Below, one piece after another: positions 56,335 through 64,000 of a DNA stretch of 64,000 nt. Positions within the stretch are counted from its first letter, which is position 1. Every line of letters begins with the position of its first letter. Source of the DNA: an uncultured Armatimonadetes bacterium (lineage in GTDB: Bacteria; Armatimonadota; UBA5829; DTJY01); the NCBI GenBank assembly GCA_963717145.1, contig OY970325.1, forward strand, positions 2,048,001 through 2,112,000. The letters run 5' to 3'. The notes beneath the pieces were generated by a model that saw nothing but the letters and a program-made list of their open reading frames with translations, made no database searches and was not told where the DNA came from. A program made the translations under genes and the position numbers.

Positions 56335-59300
56335 ATGCGTTTCCGAATGTCCTGGAAGATAGCGCTGATCGTCCTCGCGCTCCTTGCCATACTCGTGGCC
56401 TGGTTTGTCTACCACAGACTTACGCCATTTATCAGCGACCTGGACACCGTACTCGCGAATCAACTCACGACGGAACTCAAGCGCGCGGTCACCATCGAAT
56501 CCGCCAAGGTGATCTCGAGAAACCGGGTAGTCATCACGGGATTGCGGGTTGCAGATGGGAAATCGTTCAAGCAAGGCACACTCTTCACCGCCCGACGCAT
56601 CACCGCCGATCTCGACCTGACGCGCATCGCGACAGGCCGCGGATCAGTGGCGAGCAACATGCGGGGCGTCACGATTGTGGAACCGAGCCTGTCACTCGTC
56701 CGAAACCAAAGCGGTGTCTTGAACGTCAAGGACCTACTCGGGCGGCCGCAAGTCCCGCTCGCACGGCGGTTCAGGGGAATAATACGGGTCGAGTCCGGCC
56801 AACTCACGATGTCCGATCACGCGTCGCTTCTCTCGAAAGGGCCGGCGGTCAATACCATTGTCGCCGTCCGCGGCTCGATCGATTACCGCCCGGGCGACGT
56901 AGCGCAGGTGGACCTCGCAGGCCGTGGTAAGCAGAGCAGGATCGGGAGGCTCACGCTCCGAGGACCACTCTCAACGAGCAATCCTATGCTCACGAAGCTC
57001 GTCGTGACGGTCGCCGGCGCCAATGCCGGCTACTGGCTCGACTACTTCTCCACCATACCCTCGTGGTCGATACATGACGGGGTGCTCAACGGCGGCGGGT
57101 TGATCTACCGGACAGATCGCGGAAAGTACACCGCCAAGGGGACTGGGACAATCCGTGATGGATCGCTCACGAGTCCGCACCTGGCGATTCCACTCCGGCA
57201 AGTCGCCGCCGACGTCTCATTCGTCGGTACGGCGATCCGCCTCAAAGTCGATGCGCGCCTGAGGGGGTCGCCGATCCACGCGGAGGGAACCATCGTGGCA
57301 GGCGGTACGCTGAACCTCCGTGTGACCTCGGCCGGGATGGATCCGCTGACTCTTCAGAGGGCCGTGCGCGGTCTCCCGATCATTGCGAATTCCTCGTGGC
57401 CGACGCCGCTGTCGTTCGATGCGGTGGTTTTCGGCTCAACCGGCAAGCCAAGAGTACGCGCCACGGCATCGATTCCCCGAGCGGTCATCTCCGGGATGTC
57501 TGCATCGGGCATCGCGGCATCCGGCGATTACTCGGCGGGCGTCATCACGATCAGCGATCTCCGAGCACGGGTCCCTCAGGGCGATGGACGGTTCAGCGCG
57601 GCTGCAAACCTCAAGACGCATCGGACCACGCTCAGCGGCACGATACGCACTGCCGGGGGTACGATCCGTACGTCGGGTACTGTGGCGGCATTGGGCCGGC
57701 TCGACCTGGCCGTGACCGCGTCAGGGGTTGACATCGGGGCGCTGCTCGGCCCGCTCGGATACCGCGAGGCAACCGGCGCTGCCGACTTCAGAGGGCGGTT
57801 GACCGGAACCATTGCGTCGCCGGTCCTGATCGGCGACCTGACTGCTCGGAACGGCCACCTGCAGCAGATCACTTTCGACTTCCTCCATGCGCGCCTGACC
57901 GCCACCAGGGATTACCTGCTCCTGACCGACGCAACGATCCGCCGTAAGGGCTCCGAGATCGCCACCACCGGATCCGTCCGCATCGCGAGAGGCGCGCCCG
58001 CGCAGGTGGATCTCCATGCAACCGGACAGGGGCTGAGCCTTGTCGAACTTCAGGAACTGACCGGTCTCACGATCAACGCCCAGGGAAGGGCCGATATCGA
58101 TCTTCGGATCAGGGGGCGGTACCCGAACCTGCTTGCCGAGGGGACCATCGCCGTGACTGATGCCACGATCTCCGACTACCAGGTCGATTCGGCGCGTATC
58201 GACCTGCGCACGGTGGACGGTCACACGGTCATCGAGCAGTTTGTGGTGGCTCGGGGTGACATGCGGCTGACCGGGAGCGGGTCGATAGGCTCGCGAGGAG
58301 AACTGAGCATTGCAGTAACCGGAAAGGCTCTCGACCTCAGCCTTCTCAACAAGAGCCTCTCACCATACGCGACACTGAGCGGGCAGATGGAATTCACCGG
58401 CGATGTCTCCGGGACGCTTTCCGACCCAAGGCTTCGAGGCGAGCTGGTCTCGTCAACGCCGATAGTGAATCAGATTCAATACGATCGGCTTGTCGCAAGC
58501 GTGTCATGGGACGGAACGACGATCTCTCTGCTCGACGTGTCTCTGACCGGCACGGATTCGAATCACAGCATCCAAGCCCTCCAATTCAACACCGTCACGA
58601 AGAGCATCGCCCTCGATGGCGGCGTCATCTCTGCGCGGCTGGAGGCCATTCTACCGCCGTTACGCAACTCCCCATACCTGGAGACGCCTGCGGGCGAGGC
58701 GCTGAAGAATTCCCTCGAAACGATCCCGCCGAATGCATCGGGCAAGGTCGAGGCGGCGGTGAACTTCTCGGGTCCGATCGATGGTCTCTCCGGTACGGTC
58801 ACGGTCAGCGGTTCGGAGATGGTGCTCGGACCGACGCAGATATCCAGCCTGGATTTGGGACTCACCGCCGAGCGGTCGAGCTTCCGATTCAGCAGCCTCG
58901 AAGTTGTGTCCCCGGGAGTCAACCTGAGTGCCTCGATTCAGTCCGCCGACGAGCCTAACCATCTCACCACCAGGATCACCGATACCCAGCTTGGCGCATT
59001 GGTGGCAGTGGTAGAGAACATGCCGTTCCTGACCTCATTTGAGTTCGGCCAATGGCTGGTCGCGAGCGCCCAGTCGGTGCCGACGCCCGCGTCGGGCCTC
59101 ATCACAGCCACCATCGATCTCACCGACACGCGCCAGGGCGGCACCGGATCAGTCAGAGCTGAGATCACAGACCTGTCGCTCTCCGATCAAGCGGTCGGCA
59201 CGGTCGCGGCAAGCGCTCACCTCGTCGAGGGTGCGGTATCGATCGACCAGTTGGACGTTTCCGGCCCCTTGGGTACCGCCGGGATACAGGGCAACGTCAG

Positions 59301-60939
59301 CACCGATAACGTCATATCGCTCAAGGGCCGAATCGAGGGCATATCGCTCGCCGTTCTCGGGCCGCTGATGGGCATGCCGGAGGTATCGGGCGCGCTCGAC
59401 GTAGAACTGCAGGTGACGGGCACGCTCGATGATGCGAACGTGCAGGCATCCATTACGGCCACAGATATCAAGACCTCGCAGGTGACCTTCCAATCCATCA
59501 CCATCTCAGATCTGGTAATAGCGGGTGGAAGACTCACCGCTTCACAGATCACCGCGGTGAGCGGCGCGAATGAGATACACGCTTCGGCATCCCTGCCGTT
59601 CAGTTGGGAGACACCTTTCATTCCGGAGGACCAACCGATCGACGTGCAGCTCTCGGCGCCCAATCAGGATTTGGCCGAACTCGGGAAGCTCGTGTCGTTC
59701 GTACAATCGGCGAGTGGCACTTTGTCACTGAATCTGGCGATCACGGGCACGATGAAGTCTCCGGCCATCACCAGCGGGGCCTCATCGTCCAGAATGGACA
59801 GATCAACATCGATCGTTTCGACAGCGACGTAAAGGATCTCCAGATCGACGCTACGTTCCAGGGCACGACACTGCAGATCAACAAGTTCACCGGCGCATCG
59901 TCTCTCGGCGGCACATTCGCAGTCACCGGCAAAGTGGAACTGCCCTCATTGAGCCGCGCCGTGATCGATGGAACGCTCGCAATGGATGGGCTGAGAATGT
60001 CGGTGAACAACCTCACCGGCGTATACGGGGAGAGGGTTACGATGACGGCGACCGGTCTCCTGAATCTCAACGAGAGCCTGCAAGCGCCTCTCATACAGGG
60101 AGACCTCGTCGTGAGTGAGGCGGTGATCAGACTTCCGGAAGGTGAATTGCCGAAAGCGGGGACAGCGGGGTACAAAGGCCCGAACCCGCGGTTCGACGTC
60201 ACTCTGAACCTGGCCTCGAACGTCAGGATCCAGCGCGGACCTCTGCAGGTCGTGGTCGTCGGACCGGTCTCGATCGCCGGATCGCTCTCGCAACCCGACA
60301 TATATGGAACGGTCGCTCTCACGTCAGGATCGCTTCGGTATCCGGGACGGACGTTCGCCCTCGTTCCCGGGGGAAGCGCCACGTTCGTCTGGCAGTCGCC
60401 CGAGGCGCCGAACATAGCCATCGACCTGCAGGCGACCACCCGCGCCATCGCCCAATCGCCGTTCACCGGCAAGCTCACGCGATACAGGATTTACATCGAT
60501 GTGAGTGGCACGATCGACCGCCCGAGCATCTTAACGACGAGTTCGCCGCCCGGTCTGAGCGACAGCCAGGCGCTCGCACTCATCTTCAGGCAGGCAGAGA
60601 TCGAGGCACTGCTCAGCGGAGTCGATTTCCAGCAGGTGGTCGAGCAGCAGTTGGCCGATACGCTCCTCGGGCTCGGCGCTTCCGGGGATCTTCGAAGGGA
60701 TCGAACTCGGCGCGTTGACGATCGGCCTTGAGCCGGGGCTCGCCGTGCCGCTCCAGGCATGGATATCACTCCAGGTGACGGACAAGTTCTCTATAGGCTA
60801 TCTGAGCACACTGATCTCCGGCGAGTCTTTCTACGCGCTCGAGTTCGACTACGCAATCAGCCCGCAGTATGCGATATCCGTGCAGTTTCAGCAGAACCAG
60901 GAGGTGCTTTACCTTCTGCAGTCGGGCTGGCGGTTCTAG
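56335..60939 (+). CDS. TamB/AsmA-like translocation and assembly module protein (frameshifts near 59775 and 60680)
   Basis: N-terminal TM, long beta-taco-like repeats, C-terminal GTIDRP..SSPPGLS..ALALI (DUF490-like). Confidence 0.8.
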
Positions 60940-60953
60940 CCCAGCCACACCGG

Positions 60954-61056
60954 GTAGTGGCCGTGCCTCCGTGCCGGCCTCCGACTGCCCTTCGATACGT
61001 CCGCCGGAGCAGACACTCACGGTTGTTGGAGGCCGGCACGGAGGCACGGCCACTAC
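60954..61056. repeat. GTAGTGGCCGTGCCTC-family palindrome (intergenic copy)
   Basis: GTAGTGGCCGTGCCTCCGTGCCGGCCTCC / GGAGGCCGGCACGGAGGCACGGCCACTAC. Confidence 0.9.
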
Positions 61057-61167
61057 GTCACGCAATTCCAGGCAGGACAAGTGCCCGCTTTCGGCGAACA
61101 AGCAGGAGACTGCGTGCTGCTTCAGTGCAGAGGATCATTCCACTCCACGAACAGGAGGGATTCACCA

Positions 61168-61567
61168 ATGGCTGCTGAAGAACAAAGCCTCCGGGAACAG
61201 GGTCTGGCGCTCCTTCGACAGGGCCTCGCGGAGCAGAGCGTGGACCTCTTGAGCCAGGCGCTCGAGCAGGAACCATCCGATCCCCAGCTCTATCTTCTAT
61301 CTCGGTTTCGCCTACTTCCAACAGGGCGACCTCGAGAAGATGATAGATACTCTGGAAAAGGCGATCGACGTCGCGCCTACTTCGCCCCAGATTCACTACA
61401 ACCTCGGCGTCGCATATCAGAAATCGCACAACGCGACGCTTGCGAAGGATGAGTATCTGCGGGCGCTCGGTCTCAACCCGGCGTATACGGCCGCCAAGGA
61501 GGCTCTAGAGAGCCTGACACCGTCTGCGAGCGATCAGATGCTGCAGGACGGCGGCTCGGAATCCTGA
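61168..61567 (+). CDS. Small TPR protein (frameshift near 61295)
   Basis: RBS AGGAGG; TPR motifs (LGFAY, HYNLGVAY). Confidence 0.75.
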
Positions 61568-61690
61568 GCCTGGCTGATGTCCCCCTTACGAAGGGGGACC
61601 GGCCTCTGGGCCGAGGGGGTTTCTGCACGCCGGAACTCCGGAGTTGGAACCGCCAGGATCGCCAAGTGAGCCTCCCGCACCCCTTTGCTA

Positions 61691-64000
61691 TCAAGGAGGG
61701 GAGCTTTCGAGCGCAGGTCTGAGAGTCTCCGCGGCATCGGGAGGGAGCTTCGACCCGCCTTCGCCGGTCACGTAGAAGGCATCCCTCGCACGTCGCCCCC
61801 AGGTAGTCACCCGCGCGCTGTGGATGTTCCAGCCCATGGAGGAGATCGCCGTCGTGAGGCGATAGAGCAGTCCCGGGGTGTCCTCCGCCTCGATCTCCAC
61901 GATGCTGTGCTGGTCCGACAGATCGCCCATCACCCTGAGATCGGTCAGGCCCACGTCCCCGGTGATCCTCCTGCCAAACTGCGGGAATAGGCTCTCGACC
62001 TCCACGTCGCCTGAGAGCACCATTTCCAACTCGGACTGGACCTGCTGCGCCTTCAGTTCCGGCAGAGGCCGACGCTCCGAATCGACATAAAGCAGATCGA
62101 TCGCAATCCGGTCGCGCGATTCCCGGGTGAACACCTGCGCCGCATGGATCTCGACCCCCAGCGCCGCAAGGACGCCCGTGATCTTTGCCAGGAGGCCCGG
62201 TGTCGGATCATCGAGCACGCAGACGGTGAGTTCGGTGAACGGACCGGTCGGATCGTCCCTGAGGCGCACCACAGGCTTGCCGCTCCGGGCGCTTCGGGCA
62301 TACGTGATGTGCGCGGCGAGTTCGTCCGGCGCGGTATTGAGGAGATAGCTCGCAGGCATCGCCCGGCAGTGCTCGTCTATCTCTTCCTGCGGGATATTGG
62401 CGAGGGACAGCTCCCTCGCAAGCCGACCCCGATGGCGCTCGATATCGACCGTGACGGGTGATGATGCGCGTAGAGCGCTCGCCGCGCGATGGTACAGCTC
62501 CCGAAGGAAGCGCATCTGCACCTCGCTCCACGTCGCCTGTCCGACCGATCGTACGTCGGCCGCCGTCAGCAGATAGAGCATATCGAGCGCCTCCGCCGAA
62601 GTCACGACAGCCGTGAAATCCCGGATCGTCGGCTGTTCGCCCAGATCGCGCATCCGCGCGGTTTCCGACATCAGCGAATGGTTCGCAACGAGAAACTCGA
62701 CCATATCTACGGCCTCTCCGGTCATCCCCAGGCGTTCGGCGATCCGGCGCGCTGAGGAGCGGCCTCGCTCCTGGTGTGGACCGTCTCCGTCATCAGCCTT
62801 GCCGATGTCGTGAAGCAGCGCGGAAAGGTAGAGGAGTTCGGGCTCGCGCACGTTCTGGCGGACATCGTAGAACTCATCGTCAGCGCCGGAGGTCAGGAGT
62901 TCGATCTGACGGGCGACCTCGAGCGAGTGCGCGCCAACCGAAAGCTCGTGCGCTGGATCGCCTGGTACGAGGTACATCAGGCGGCCGAACTCCGGGAGTA
63001 ATGCCCTGAGCACACCGGTCCGATTCATGGCATCGAGAGCAGTGGCCGCACCCGGGAGTGAGAGTATCCGCAGGAAGGCATTGGACATGGCGACGCCGTT
63101 CCCGTTCGACATCAGGCGTTCGGCTCGGCGGCCCGAGACGTACTGCTTCACGAGATCCGATGTCTCCCAGTCGATGCCGAGCCCGAGACGGACGGCGTGC
63201 TCGTGGAGACGGACCGCCGCCTCCGGATCGCGCCTCAGGATGCCCTTGTCGGCGATCCTGATCTCGCCGCGCCGGACGACGACCCCCGGTTCGATCTCGA
63301 GTGACTCCTCGCCGCACGCGGTCGTCACCTTCCGATAGATCGCGGCGATCCGCTCGGCGTGGAGCATGTATCTGCCCATCAGGTCGGATGCTTCCATTCC
63401 CAGCCGCGATGCTACTTCCTGCTGCCGGTCGACCGCGAGTATGTCCCGTCCCGACTCGCACACCGCGTGCAGGGCATTGCGGACCTTGAACAGGAACTCC
63501 GCCGCATCGCCGATCCACTTCATCTCCTGGTCGGAGATCACTCCGCGCGACCGCAGGACGTGCCAGACGTCCTCCCGCGACGTGCTGAAGGCGGACTGAG
63601 CGATCCATCGAGCCGCGTGGAGATCACGGAGTCCCCCCGCGCCGTCCTTGATGTCGGGCTCGATCCGGTAAGGCGATCCGCCGGATCTCGCGATCGCGAT
63701 CCGGCGCTGTTCGAGGTGGCCGAGCACGAAGGACGCAGGCACGATCGCTCGGCGGCACGCCGTCGAGAATCGCTCGAAGAACATCGGGCTCCCCGCGAGA
63801 TGCCTGGCGTCGAGTAGCGAGGTATGCGTCTCCAGCGACAGGTCCCGGCAATCATCCGCCCCCCGATACCCATAGCCGACCTTCAGGCCCGCTCCGTTCA
63901 GGAAGACGTCCATGACTAGGCGGTAGGCGGTCTTCAGGAAGCGGTCGACGGCCGGATCGCCCTCCTCCTCGGCGACGAACGTGATGTCGATGTCCGAGTG
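61691..64000 (-). CDS. glnD: [Protein-PII] uridylyltransferase, 5' end beyond the window
   Basis: HSDID nucleotidyltransferase motif at the window edge, EPDIKDGAGGLRD, LLHDIGK (HD), two ACT domains (PGLL). Confidence 0.9.
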   Translation of the reverse strand, partial: HSDIDITFVAEEEGDPAVDRFLKTAYRLVMDVFLNGAGLKVGYGYRGADDCRDLSLETHTSLLDARHLAGSPMFFERFSTACRRAIVPASFVLGHLEQRRIAIARSGGSPYRIEPDIKDGAGGLRDLHAARWIAQSAFSTSREDVWHVLRSRGVISDQEMKWIGDAAEFLFKVRNALHAVCESGRDILAVDRQQEVASRLGMEASDLMGRYMLHAERIAAIYRKVTTACGEESLEIEPGVVVRRGEIRIADKGILRRDPEAAVRLHEHAVRLGLGIDWETSDLVKQYVSGRRAERLMSNGNGVAMSNAFLRILSLPGAATALDAMNRTGVLRALLPEFGRLMYLVPGDPAHELSVGAHSLEVARQIELLTSGADDEFYDVRQNVREPELLYLSALLHDIGKADDGDGPHQERGRSSARRIAERLGMTGEAVDMVEFLVANHSLMSETARMRDLGEQPTIRDFTAVVTSAEALDMLYLLTAADVRSVGQATWSEVQMRFLRELYHRAASALRASSPVTVDIERHRGRLARELSLANIPQEEIDEHCRAMPASYLLNTAPDELAAHITYARSARSGKPVVRLRDDPTGPFTELTVCVLDDPTPGLLAKITGVLAALGVEIHAAQVFTRESRDRIAIDLLYVDSERRPLPELKAQQVQSELEMVLSGDVEVESLFPQFGRRITGDVGLTDLRVMGDLSDQHSIVEIEAEDTPGLLYRLTTAISSMGWNIHSARVTTWGRRARDAFYVTGEGGSKLPPDAAETLRPALESSPP

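Overview
GC-rich bacterial window, most likely from an Armatimonadota-like genome (inferred from the PEP-CTERM, H-X9-DG and DUF5658 gene types). Scattered indels look like long-read or MAG consensus errors. Core content: two tandem NamZ/DUF1343 genes split by a complete IS66-type element (8-bp target duplication) and tRNA-Ala(CGC); a PyrR-attenuated pyrimidine operon (pyrR-pyrB-pyrC-pyrE-carA-carB-pyrK-pyrD-pyrF) with six interleaved accessory genes; a PEP-CTERM gene; an ABC-F ATPase; an ECF sigma/anti-sigma/STN+H-X9-DG trio; a c-di-GMP-I riboswitch-controlled HD-GYP/GAF/GGDEF operon; tRNA-Ser(GCT); pyrG; thiD; a second DDE IS; an S8 peptidase; a TamB-like gene; and partial glnD. Most interesting signals: (1) a GxxExxY nuclease gene boxed by inverted arrays of 8-bp repeats, with several 'empty' inverted micro-repeat arrays at other gene junctions; (2) palindromic REP-like and heptamer-repeat elements inserted in frame inside three proteins (ABC-F, DUF6259-like protein, CarB); (3) a HEPN + BolA-like gene pair inside the pyr operon; (4) a possible TonB-receptor-independent cell-surface signalling module; (5) two near-identical sigma54 promoters. 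Family assignments come from motif recognition, not database searches.
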